Of a DNA stretch of 64,000 nt, positions 28,788 through 40,658 are shown piece after piece. Every line of letters begins with the position of its first letter. Positions within the stretch are counted from its first letter, which is position 1. The position numbers were made by a program, and so were the translations under genes. This stretch comes from Octopus sinensis (lineage: Eukaryota), in NCBI RefSeq assembly GCF_006345805.1, contig NC_042998.1, positions 110,732,001-110,796,000 of the forward strand, read 5' to 3'. The notes beneath the pieces were generated by a model. It saw only the letters and a program-made list of their open reading frames with translations. It did no database searches and had not been told where the DNA came from.

Positions 28788-29192
28788 GTACATGCATACA
28801 TATATAAAGTTCAGGTTAATACTTGTATTTATTTGGGCCCTGGGATATGTAACACACTGCCTAAATATCATTCTTGAGAAATTAGACTTCTCAAATCAGA
28901 AAGGAGAAAGCTAATTCGAAAACTACAGATCCAATCCATCACTGGAACTGTAAAAATCTGTAAAACTTTCCAGAAGTTTATCATTTAAATATATATGAGC
29001 ATATCTAGATATGCAACTATTTGCGTAAGAATACTTATATAAAACAAAACATACAAATATGTTCATATACATACTGTACATACAAAAATAGCCTATTATT
29101 GATGCTGAAATTCCAATAAAGGAGATTGAATCTAGGTTAGCAAGCGATCTTTCTCTATTGGCAAGAAACACTGATATAAAACTGAACTATGA
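28610..29192 (+). mobile_element. Two 5'-truncated copies of an R4/Dong-like RLE retrotransposon 3' end
   Basis: 28830-28990 is paralogous to 30300-30460 (GALGYVTHCL...KLIRKLQIQSITGTVKICKTFQKF). Both units end in AAAACTGAAC.ATGA followed by (CATA)n. Confidence 0.8.
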
Positions 29193-29262
29193 CATACATA
29201 CATACACACACACATACATACATACATACATACATACATACATACATACATACATACATACA

Positions 29263-29293
<31 letters not shown>

Positions 29294-29309
29294 TTATATA
29301 CATACACGC

Positions 29310-30682
29310 ATATCTTACAATGGCACTTGTAACAAAACATGTTTCATTAAAAAATATTACAACTGAAGAAAGAAAAGTTTGACCTCGGAACTCACTGCAT
29401 TCAATAAAACGGTGGCTCGCAATGTGCTTGCAGTGACAGTACTTATACAAACATTTGGGCTGACTCATTAGACGCTTGATGAGATCTAAGCCATTGATGT
29501 GAAAACCCGGTAGATACTAACAAGCATACATAATACCTAAAACGAAAACAAGGGAGCAGAGGTTTAATATCGATCCAAACTGCCTTTGGGCAACATCTTT
29601 TAACAGCCAAGTGTCGAAGTGCATCCCTTGACTATGCATGAGGCTGATAACATCATAAGATTTGGAAGGCAGCTCCTTGAGAAGCATTCCTTGTCTGATA
29701 ACCTTAAATATTCCGAGATGATAGTACCATTGATCATCAAAGCAGTCTATCATGGATCAACAACCGGATTATTACCTCTTACTTAGAAAATGTGCGTTTA
29801 CAATCCAGGAACAGGAAATATCTACCAAATGCCTCCTGCACAAAAGACAGAGATGCAGAAAAAGCAGGAAATTATGACAACTGATGCAGATATTTTGGAG
29901 TTAACACCGAAGACAACACCTACGTCATAAACAGTTGCCTGAAAATGTCATCTCGGTATTATTTATCAATGAGACATGATATTGTAGCTAGGACGCTATA
30001 TAAAGGAACCTGTAGGAAGGATAAACCCAAGGACAAAGAAGCCACAGTATGGCAGAAGCCATAGCCACTCAATACAAATGAGTACTGGTGAAATGTACCA
30101 GTGAAAACCTCAATAAAATGTAAGCGCAACAGACCTGATATAATAATTTGGGATAGAGGAAAAGCTGTGTAAATTTGAGGAAATTAGCTGCCCAGTGGTT
30201 GTTAACATAAAGCTGCAGATCATGTGAAAAGGAAATACCTATGCTGAACTATGAGAAATCTGCAGTTACTCTATCCAGATTACAAGTTCAGGTAATTATT
30301 GGGGCCCTGAGATATGTAACACACTGCCTAAATACCAAACTTGAGAAAGTAGGTTTCTCAAAACCAGAAAGGAGAAAGCTAATTCGAAGACTACAATCCA
30401 AGCCATGACAGGAACTGTAAAGATCCGTAGAACTTTCCCGAGGTTTATCATTTAAGCATATATCTCCATGTCTAAATATCCAAGTAAATGCATAAGAAAA
30501 TATACATAAAACTAAACATACAAATGTGCACATATACCTACATGCACGCATACATACATACATACATACTTACATACATACATACATACATACAATGTTG
30601 ATATGGTTGAAATTCCAATGAAAGAACTTTGGATATAGAAATCGACACTATTGGCAAGAAATCCTAAAATAAAACTGAATGA
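29310..30682 (+). mobile_element. R4/Dong-like non-LTR retrotransposon (RT thumb, degenerate zinc knuckle, RLE), decayed
   Basis: ELTAFNKTVA.NVLAV..L..TFG, IDVKTR, QGSRGLISI, IQEQEI, CRYF...RHDIVARTLY, RPDIIIWD...EISCP (PD..D-type restriction-like endonuclease), IIGAL.YVT. Confidence 0.85.
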
Positions 30683-30688
30683 CATATA

Positions 30689-30728
<40 letters not shown>

Positions 30729-30892
30729 TATATACATATATGGGAGAAAGCGCTAATACATGATCTAAGTTATATGATGTATAAAAATGTAATATACAAA
30801 TAAATGTCTGTAAATATATCCGATTTTCTGAGTACCTTATTTCTTCTAATATAAAATACCTGTACATCATCTCCAAACCTTCCGATATATAT

Positions 30893-30942
<50 letters not shown>

Positions 30943-31104
30943 CTCTGTCTTCCCTTCCCTGGATCTTTCCTTTTCCTATCTTTCCGCCGAAGAGCTCCAC
31001 TCGAAACGTTAAACCCTCCTTTCCTTTCCTGAGCGCCCAATAATACTATATTTGTTCTACGTCCTCGCGTTGTAGTGTTTTTGTGCTTTCTTGTTTGGAT
31101 TAAC

Positions 31105-31138
<34 letters not shown>

Positions 31139-31340
31139 TGTATGTATGTATGTATGTATGTATGTATGTATGTATGTGTATGTATGTGTGTATGTATGTA
31201 TGTATGTATATATAAACAATTTGACTTTAAGAGGTATTTTAATATGCTGACGACTGGTAATTTAAAAAAGTATCCTCATATTAGAAGTATATATATGTAT
31301 ATAAATATATATTGACAATAAAGAATAAAGAGTTTGACCG

Positions 31341-33023
31341 TTCAGACTTTATGTTTATTTACAGTTGGTTTTCATAATAATTGTCCGACACGTGCTTCCA
31401 TCCCATTGATTGCATATTGTTCCATATTTATATGCAGCGATTTATGCATTATTAGTACTACCTCTTCCGTTTGTTTAGATATGAAACTGTTCGAAAAGGC
31501 ATCTTCTTCCGTTATTAATTTGAATTAGACTTTGTAATTGTAGTAGTATACCATGATGTTCATCGATGAGCTGTTTTCACGAATGCATTTTTGGGTAAAA
31601 TTCAGCAGCACTAGCAGTAGTATTTGTTGAAGTTAGCATATTTATTTTGCCAACCTTTCATAAGGTTTCGTGAAACCTTATAAAGTAGGGGACGAAAGAT
31701 GTAATTTATGCTTGGAGACATTATAACAAATATCTACTTGAAAAAACACTACACAAGGAAGAAAAACGCTAGACAAGAAAGAAGTTTAGTTACTTACACA
31801 AACAATGTTTTCTTTTTAAAAATTTTAAATAATAGATTGTATTAATTTACATATAATTTCAATGAAAATTTTTCTAAACGTAACTATCATGTCATTAAGT
31901 ATGAAATGTCCGTTTTTCTTATGCACCAAGTTTGACACTCGCTAACTATAATGTTTTATCTTGACAATTCTTTTTGTTTCCCAACATTGAATAGTTACAT
32001 CATCACTTTTTGTTTCCCAACATTGAATAGTTACATCATCACTTTTCGAAATGCAATTCATGGTGTCTGAATATAATTGTGAGTTTTCTCTTGTGAATCA
32101 GTTTTTGTGAACCCATGAATAGTTCAACAATTCGTGCTGTTTATGAAACAATGCAGCTCAGACAGCACGAAACATCAATGTGTTGTTTGGTGATGATGTT
32201 GCGAATGCTCGCACTGTACGTAGATGGTTTGAGATCTGGTGACTTTTCATTTGAAAATCAGCGCTGTGGTAGACCTGAGGTCAAGGTGGATAATTATGAA
32301 CTGGAAACAGTAGTGGAACAGATACATTTCAAACTACGCATGAGTTAGCAGCAAGAATTGATGTTTGGATTGCAGCTATATTGGACCATCTAAAACAAAT
32401 CGTCATAGTAAAGAAGCTGGGCAAGTGGGTACCACACGAACTGAACGAGCATCAAATGACACGTCGTCTTGAAAGTTGCTGTTCTTTGCTGCCACGACAT
32501 AAAAGCGAACCGTTTTTGCATTGTTTTGTTACGTGTGATGAAAAATGGATGTTTTCCAACAATAGCAATCGTTTTGCACGTATCATTAATAATTTTTACA
32601 AAAATTCAAATAATACAACGAACTTTGAAATCCATCAAAACACCAGGTGACTATAAAGAATGTAGAATCAATCAAAAGAAAAGTATTCTATAAATAGTTA
32701 CTCCCCGACGGACCAAGATGATTTGCCAACTGCAACAAACACTGCTGGTAGTGCTCCTGAATTTTACCCAAAAATCAGTTGTGAAAAACAGCTCATCGAT
32801 GAACGTCATGTTTTACTACTTCAGCTACCAACACTAATTCAAAATAATAACGGAGAAAAATTTCTGTTCGAGCAATGCCATATTTATACACCCTGAAGAG
32901 ATCGTACTAATAATGCATAAATCGCTGCATATAAATATGCAACAATATGCAATTAATGCGATGGAATTACGTGAAGGATTATTATTATGAATAAGCCAAC
33001 TGTAAATAAACATAAAGTTTGAA
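31341..33023. repeat. ~300-bp imperfect inverted repeats (31341-31638 / 32724-33023) enclosing the mariner relic
   Basis: CATATTTATATGCAGCGATTTATGCATTATTAGTAC and GTTCATCGATGAGCTGTTTT occur in opposite orientations in the two arms. Confidence 0.85.
31885..32580 (+). mobile_element. Mariner transposase relic (3' truncated)
   Basis: ORF 32381-32650 contains KKLGKWVPHELNEHQMTRRLESCCSLLPRHKSEPFLHCFVTCDEKW (WVPHEL plus first catalytic D). An HTH relic lies upstream. Confidence 0.9.
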
Positions 33024-34467
33024 TGCTCCAATTCTTCATTGACGTTATTATCAATATTGTACTTTACAATGTAAGTAGTCAGAAAAAAGCTGTAACATCG
33101 GATGGGAGTTAAACAAAATTTGCAGGAATGAGGGCTTTAACAAAGTCACGCATTGCCCTTACCTTCGAACGCGGAGTAGATGGAACAAGGGACAACTGAT
33201 GAAAAGAATTGTCTTTGTGTTGCATGTCACGTTTCCCTGTTTGTTTGTTTTATGTTGTTCGAAAAAAGCTAGTTTTCTATGTTTTCATGTTTATGCTTTC
33301 GTGTCTGCACCCGTATATGCATGTATATATACATATATATGTAGGTATGTACATATATGTATATATATATTTTATATATATATGTTTATGTATATACATA
33401 TATACATGCATGTATATGTATGTTTATATATATATTGCGGGGGGGGGTATACATATGTATAAATGCTGGAATATACTTGCTTATATGGACCATATTATCT
33501 AACTTCAGTCATTGTTTGATGGAGATCAGAAGAATGAAAGATATGTTGAGGTCGACTAGATTTAAACCCTTATTTTTGTTAATTAATATTTACACATGAA
33601 TTCATTATATTTGCGTAGCTTTTATGAGCATTTATGTTTTAGCATTCAATTTTAGTAGTCTTCACGTTTAAAATATAGTCTAACAAGTTTAGTTAATGAA
33701 TAATATTAAGAATAGGTTAGTCCTAGTATTAGACTCATCAATCTAGAATGAATCCGATTCGTCATAATAACCTCTAAACGTACACTGTTAAACACTATTA
33801 CAGCGATACGACTCAATATTGCAGAAAAGCTATATCTAAATATTATATTACAGTATTATTCAAAATATTCAGTCTTGCGTAATATAGGAAATAGATTGCT
33901 TCTAATCGTTTTCTTTTAATTTATGCACATAACAGTGAGATCAATCATCACGAGTGACTTCATGTGTAAAAGATTTCATGAGACATTTCAATGATGTTAA
34001 TCAACTGAAAAGCCCTGACTGTGAGAAGGTGAAACAAAGCGCAGTAATTGAGTATTTATTCTATTTTTGTAGATAATTAATCCATTCTAGTAGAAGAACA
34101 TCTCGTAGAGATAAATAATTTCATAAGTTAGCTTCAGTATTTCACTGTTATAGTTACGCACGTGCTCTCATGTGCGTACGTATAACTGCAAAACGGAAGC
34201 CTACTTGCTTCACAAATGTTGCTTTTATGCTACTCAGTTAAGGAAATCAAGTAACAAATAATACAGTCAAAAACAATTACTTCAAACTTAAAAACAGATT
34301 GATTTTGGCTTTTATGACCACTTCTTTATATCTTCTATATATAAATGATAACGTTCATATTGAAGTTTGCTATCCGCAGCACGGAGACACTGATAAGACA
34401 GTGTTTAGTTGCTCGTTCAAACTACCAGATATGGAAGCTAAGTTAACTCAATACATACATAATAGAT

Positions 34468-34548
<81 letters not shown>

Positions 34549-35159
34549 TAACAATAATAATCCATGGATGGAACTTATAAATATTTCCATGCATCGCTAC
34601 GCGCGTTTCCACATATCATATGCTTTTTAAGATCATAGTCCGTTTCCCGGGATGATTACAGTGCTATTCTTAGTATCCATGGACTTCGGGTAGATTACGT
34701 TTATGCATTCGAGCATTTATATACATGTTCAAACCGTTTTCCGCCTAAATGATATATACACGCTCACTTACACACAAATACAGACACACACACATAGAGA
34801 CACAAACGCATACACAAACACACACATATATGTATATATTTATATATATATGGGGTCGTTTGTGTGTATATATGTGTGTATGGTCACTCTACATTATGCT
34901 CCACACACACACATATATATATTAATAATTATATACATGATCATAAGTGATTGGCTATACGCCTCTCCACGCGATGAAAAATTAAACGTCAAAAGAAGCT
35001 ATTATACGAGCAGCGACATCGTACAATAAACATATATACACACTCGTAGAGATATACAGTAATGTAGAATTCACATTTCTGTTTTGCAACCACGTGTGGT
35101 ATATCAAAACATACATTGCACTGAATGCAGTTTTGATGAAGGAGTAAATTTTTCAAATA

Positions 35160-35705
35160 TCAATTATAATAAAGGGTCAACGCGGAAATAAAAAAACTTA
35201 TAGGTAAATTTTACAAATATTTTAATGATTATATGCATAATTTTAACAAGGGATTGGTTAAAAGGCTCTCCATGCGCTGGAAAAATAGACGCCAAAAGAC
35301 GCTGTTACCACCTTATGAACACCGAGAATGAAACACAGGGCTGTAGTCTTGCAAAAGAAAGATAATGCATTAAACTTTTGATTAACCATGTACAAGATCC
35401 TCTTTCAAGCTGATGAGAGCAGTAATATTTTTTCTTTCAGTTTGAAACAGGATCTTGTACACGGTTTAATTCTTTCTCGTTCTTTTGCCCGACTACAGCC
35501 CAGTGTTTTATTCTCAGAGTTTTTAAGGTAGTAACAGCGTCTTTAGGCGTCTATGTTTTCAGCGCACGGAGAGGCATATAGCCAAACCCTTGTTAAAATT
35601 CTGCATATAATTATTAAAATATTTCTAAAATTTACATATAAGGTGTTTATCTCCGCGTTGAATCCCTGATAAAATCATTAATGACTTTTACCCTTTATCA
35701 TAATT
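35160..35705 (+). mobile_element. Fold-back element with ~150-bp imperfect inverted arms and central degenerate hammerhead
   Basis: The arms at 35165-35315 and 35520-35705 are inverted. 35406-35457 reads CAAG-CTGATGA-gagcag...cagttt-GAAAC-ag-GAT-CTTG. Confidence 0.6.
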
Positions 35706-36689
35706 AAAATATATTACCTCTCAAAGTGTAATGACTCACATGAACTAAACATCATTAGTTTGAGTCCACCTAGATGCATTTGTTCCACAGATTTCATTCC
35801 AGTTTATTAAAACAGCCAACCATCGATCTTCGACAATGAGCATCCCATCTGTGTCTTCAGAGATGTCCCCGAGAGTGCTGCTGCAGGAGATGATTGCTGT
35901 GAATAGGCGTATGAAATGCGAGACATTTCATAAGCATTCACCTGTAAATTCGAAATACTTCGTGCTTAGGTCTAGAAGCTTTCCTCGTAGAATCAAGGGA
36001 GCGGACCCTGTGAAGTTGAACATTTGGAATGGTGCTGAAAGTGATGTCAGAAACTGTTCAGAATTTCAAGTACCATTGAACGTCCGGCTGTATCAACTCT
36101 ATCTTCAATGCTGCTGGCTAAGATTTATAACAGTGCATGTTTATGGTCCCTCAACAGTTTCATGTTCTGAAATTAAATCTGCGCTGTAAAACAATGCAAA
36201 GAAAATATATTTCAGAAACTCTATATTCGGTAAAATATATGATTTCAATTGAAAATCTGCATTTTTCTCTCATATACGAGATCTGCCTTACTATGCATGT
36301 TTGTTTCATAATAGTTGGGATTTTCGAGTTGCTAAAGTAGCATTTTATTAGACATACCTCATGTTAGTTTCATCCGTCATACTTTTCCATCATGGTTAGG
36401 GCATGTTGTAAGAGCATATTAATTTTAGAATTTTCCCTCTAGATTGATACCTGTCTGTGCAGCTAAGGAGATCGATCTAAGCTTACAAAAGTCTAGTTAA
36501 CCCATAGTGGGACCCTGACTAGTAGTAATGAACCGCGTCAGTACGGACCTAGGAGTAATAGAAATTGAGGTGTATCTCCACGCTCCCAACAAACCCAAGA
36601 CTTACGAACAGGAGCCTCACCACTGGATGCATCTTTGATGTCATATCCAAACAAATAACGAAATTATGATTAGTGATCAATATTAAAGT

Positions 36690-36930
36690 GCTCAAAATGC
36701 TTGGCCGCTCTAAGCGAATTGATTGTGGCGTCAGAAAGATTTGTTTGGAAAGCATGGTTAATGGAAAGAGAAACAGAACTCGGCAATGTAAGAGATGGAG
36801 AGACATAACAGCATGCACAGATCTCGATCAAATTTTCTGAATGTTCTTGCAGAAGAGCAAATACTATGGAGGCAACTTTTTCATGCTGGCGCGCATTCTT
36901 CCGCAGGCGGTAGGAGCGGGAAATGATGAC
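36690..36930 (+). mobile_element. RTE-clade LINE ORF C-terminal remnant
   Basis: KICLESMVNGKRNRTRQCKRWRDI...AEEQILWRQL resembles the RTE 'LEG.V.GKR.RGR...RW.D...A.DR..WR.L' tail. Confidence 0.75.
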
Positions 36931-37202
36931 CATATATTTAACTGGTGTTCATAAGTAACGCAGCATATCTAATATATTTCGTTAAATCATGTAATATGAA
37001 AGTATCTCTCATTTGATATCTACGAAGTACGCTCACTATGTTGACGAAAAATAATGACAGACTTCAATTTCAGACAAAGCATGCGCGAAGCACACACTAA
37101 CGCACACGCACACACACACACAAACACACGCGCACACGCACACACACGCACGCACACACACGCACACATATTCACAATGCTTGGGTCGAACCCAAATAGA
37201 TT

Positions 37203-37997
37203 TCAATTCGGTAAGGCAGATTTGAAATCTATTAAGATGAGGTTTATGTAATAACTTCTTTCAGAGAGAGCGATAAATTTAGAGAAGTATACATCTTTGT
37301 GATGGAATTTGTACATCCGCATCTCCCCCGAAGGAAGGGGCGCGCGTTCTTCCATCACTAGCTGTTCCAGGACCATTCCTTCATCCTTGGAGCAGTTCTT
37401 TTTAATATGGCCTGGTTCCGGGCACAGGTGACACTTGGTGGGGGACATCCCTCAAAAATCACCGGATATATAGAACCGGCCATTTTCAAAGAATCCGGCA
37501 ACATCAGATCTTTGTCTGATTGGGTCCAGTGTCAAAACCGCTTTTGGTCCCACCCAATAAGCCGCAGGCAAAATTTTTACATTGAAGATCTTGGCTCCAC
37601 TGCCACCCAGACCCCAGTGGATAGTGTCCTCTATCCACTCGGGTTCTATCTCGGGTGGCAGCCCACTAACCCAAGGTCTTGTTAATTTCTTCCCACAATG
37701 TGTGGGAAGAAATGGAATCTTTTGCTCTTCTAAAGGCTGGCTCGCAAACATGCGAGCCAACTTAGGGGTGTCAAACAGCAACCACGCCGTTGCGCACTTA
37801 ACACCCCTGGCAATAAACTTAATAGTTGGCAGATATTCTGCCAACTCTTTATCAATTTCAACTTTGGGAAAGGCCGTAATGGTGTCAAGTGACTTAGAAT
37901 AAGTCCTCAACACCAGCGTTCTCTCATCTAATTCTTTTAACCACTGCTTGGTTGGGACGATCTCCGACTCCCACGCAGTCTTTACCTTCTTTGCCAT
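37203..37997 (-). mobile_element. Gag-like ORF1 (Tx1/L1-type, CCHC zinc knuckle) interrupted by one in-frame TGA
   Basis: ORFs 37452-37997 and 37203-37448 are in the same frame, separated only by TGA GGG. CHLCPEPGHIKKNC fits CX2CX4HX4C, and 'VSGLPPEIEPEWI' resembles the ORF1 RRM-linked motif. Confidence 0.75.
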
Positions 37998-38269
37998 GCT
38001 TGCAGAAAAAGTCCAATAAATAGTTCAGATAAAAAGTCTAAATAAAGTCCAAAAAACAAAAAAAAGAGCAGGCAGATAGAGTAGAAAAAATGAAAGAAGG
38101 AAGATAGTTCAAGAACACAGCAGACAATTTTTCCTGCCACTAGGTACTCCAGTCCAACAGGTGTTCCTAAAAAGGTACTACAATAAAGTACGCCAGGGTT
38201 TCAGCAGCAGGAAAACACACACACAAAAATTAGCCACAAATTGGTAGAATTTTTCAAAATATTTCACAA

Positions 38270-38436
38270 TTTTTCGGAGGCGGGATACGCCCCCAGAACA
38301 TTAATTCTCACAATTAAGTGAGATTAGAAACCGGAACACAACTTCCACAAATTTCACCAAAAATTAGTGAAAAAAATCCAACTATTTTTGGAGGCGAGAT
38401 ACGCCCCCAAGACACCAATTCTCACAATTAAGTGTG
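38270..38436. repeat. ~50-bp direct repeat pair in the putative 5' UTR
   Basis: GGAGGCG(G/A)GATACGCCCCCA...AATTCTCACAATTAAGTG occurs at about 38276 and 38389. Confidence 0.85.
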
Positions 38437-38664
38437 AACTATTCACTTAACGTAAAAAGATTTTGCCCAACTGTAGGCAGACCAGAATTCAGAATCCAGT
38501 GCGGATTTCTAGTCTGTACAAAAAATATTACAGCAAACAACAAACCCCCACTGGACCCCAAAATCAAAAGTTTTACCTTACAGTTAAGCTTCTTTTCAGT
38601 CAACATTTCGCCAGCTGCAAAGCATTGTGACGACTTCAACGGTGTAAGAATAACATTGACACAA

Positions 38665-38678
38665 CCGGAAGCGGAAGT
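38665..38678 (-). promoter_or_regulatory. Tandem ETS/GABP-type motif (CCGGAAGCGGAAGT), candidate Pol II promoter upstream of the gag-like ORF
   Basis: Two overlapping CGGAAG cores about 670 bp upstream of the ORF1 ATG; the function is inferred. Confidence 0.4.
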
Positions 38679-40605
38679 AAGATTCTTATTACACATCCAC
38701 TCTTGCACCTATCCACAAAATAATTTTTCTAAATTTTCCTGTGAAAACATTCTATTTTGAACTTTTGCACAAACATGTAAATACTTATGGATGAAATTAA
38801 TTTTAAAAATAAATATAAACCTTCAGTTCTGGATATGATTAAATTTGGTAATAGGATTTTTAACAATGAGAGAAGTATGTATGAATTCTGGTAAATGGTA
38901 TTGTTAGTAGTGTACATAATACAATAATTCCAGTAACATAACTAATGCACGTGAAATTGTATTTATATTTATTTTAATGTAGAAACAAGAAGGATTTAAG
39001 TAATTCATATTATAAGATAAATTTTGTTTGTGAGTTTATGATATAAATATCCTGTATTTCTTCATAAATATCCTGTGCTCCTACTTCTAAATTAAAAATT
39101 ATAAATGCATACGTTGCTTCTAAATTGTTTCCAATCAATTCGGGAAAAGAAAGGATTCAGAGTTGAATATATTGTTTGAATGTTGTGGCATAGGTAAGAG
39201 GCAATTGCTATATGGTTTGATATTAAATAAGATTCAATGCATAAAATATAAATTACTTAAAAGCATGCTCCAAGGAAAATTGAAAGAAAGAAAGAAAGAA
39301 AGAAAGAATGAAAAGTGAAAGAAAAAATGAAGCTGAAACATACCTGAAGTTACGGAGTAATGATAAGGATATTTATTCGCTAACAGAATGTATTATGTGG
39401 AAAAAATGTGTGAATAATATGTTATCGGGTAGGGGTGGTTGCATTTAGATATATTTTTATTACAAATATTTTGTTTAGGAAAATATATTTATTAAGGTTA
39501 TACAGGTAATCGTAAAGACAGAATTACACATAATTATATACGTAAAGAAAGGTACATATATATATATATATTATATATATATATATATATTATATATATA
39601 TATAATATATATATATATATTATATATATATATATGTATGTATGTCTGTGTGTATGCGCACGCACGTGTGTTTGTGCATATATCCTTAAGACGAAAACGT
39701 TTTGAATATGCATATAACAGCTCAAATGCATGAACATGATCTACCCGATGTTGGATACTACGGACTGCACTGAAATCTTCAGGATCGCGCGGGCTCGTGT
39801 GTGTAAATATGTATGTATGTACGTATGTATGAATGAATGTATACATGTATGTATATGCACAAACATACATACGCTGATACACGCTTCACTCATACATATA
39901 TTTTTTACACATGACCCTACGCTTGCATATATCATACGTATGAGAATGCGCGTTCATGTGCATGCACGAATATACATAATATTTGTTTGATACGTGCAGA
40001 AAGTTATGATTGAGAAGCAAATTAGTTAAGACATTGTGTGCCCTCATTGATCGAGCCATCCATACATATATGCACACCTATATATATATATATATATATA
40101 TATATGACTGCTAGTTTGGGTTTAACGTTTCCGTTCGTCGGACAGTTGTGATTAAGAATCTTAATTACAGTTGTCCGACGAACGGGAAAGTGAAACTCTT
40201 AGAAGTTTTTTCTGATGCTTTTGTGATGTTTTGCACCTTTAATAATAAAGCATATTATTCTACCTCCCATATTCGGGTACTATTTCTTCGCGCCTTGTTT
40301 CACATTTATGTGCTTACTCTGGTATATATATATGTGTGTGTGTACGGTCAAAGAGTCGTAAATCGAATTTTCTTTTCTTTCCTTCTCGTACATTTTTTAT
40401 CACTCTTTGTCTTCCCACAACACTCTTTGTGTTATCCTTCTTAATTTGTATCGTGGATTTGTGGAATTTCAAGTGATAAGGTCCTGAGCTAACCATGTAC
40501 TTGGAATCAAGAGATTGCTTGGAGACACAAGGCACGTTATTAAACGTCTCTAACAACTTGTCTAATGGTGAAAAACTGCTAGTGCTTCTTTTTTTAATAC
40601 AGTGT

Positions 40606-40649
<44 letters not shown>

Positions 40650-40658
40650 TATATATAA

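Noticed and set aside
28610-30700. CRISPR-like array (repeats with spacers)
   Set aside because: The eukaryotic context and unequal unit lengths argue against it; the repeats are retrotransposon 3' ends plus (CATA)n.
33190-33240. CTGATGA at about 33196 as a hammerhead
   Set aside because: There is no downstream GAAA core or stem II.
38439-38760. Host gene exon (ORFs 38434-38760 + and 38439-38708 -)
   Set aside because: No recognisable protein and no partner exons were found; better explained as upstream sequence of the gag-like element, though a short first exon cannot be excluded.
40314-40600. PLE endonuclease C-terminus in ORF 40314-40697
   Set aside because: The resemblance is only vague, with no diagnostic motif.
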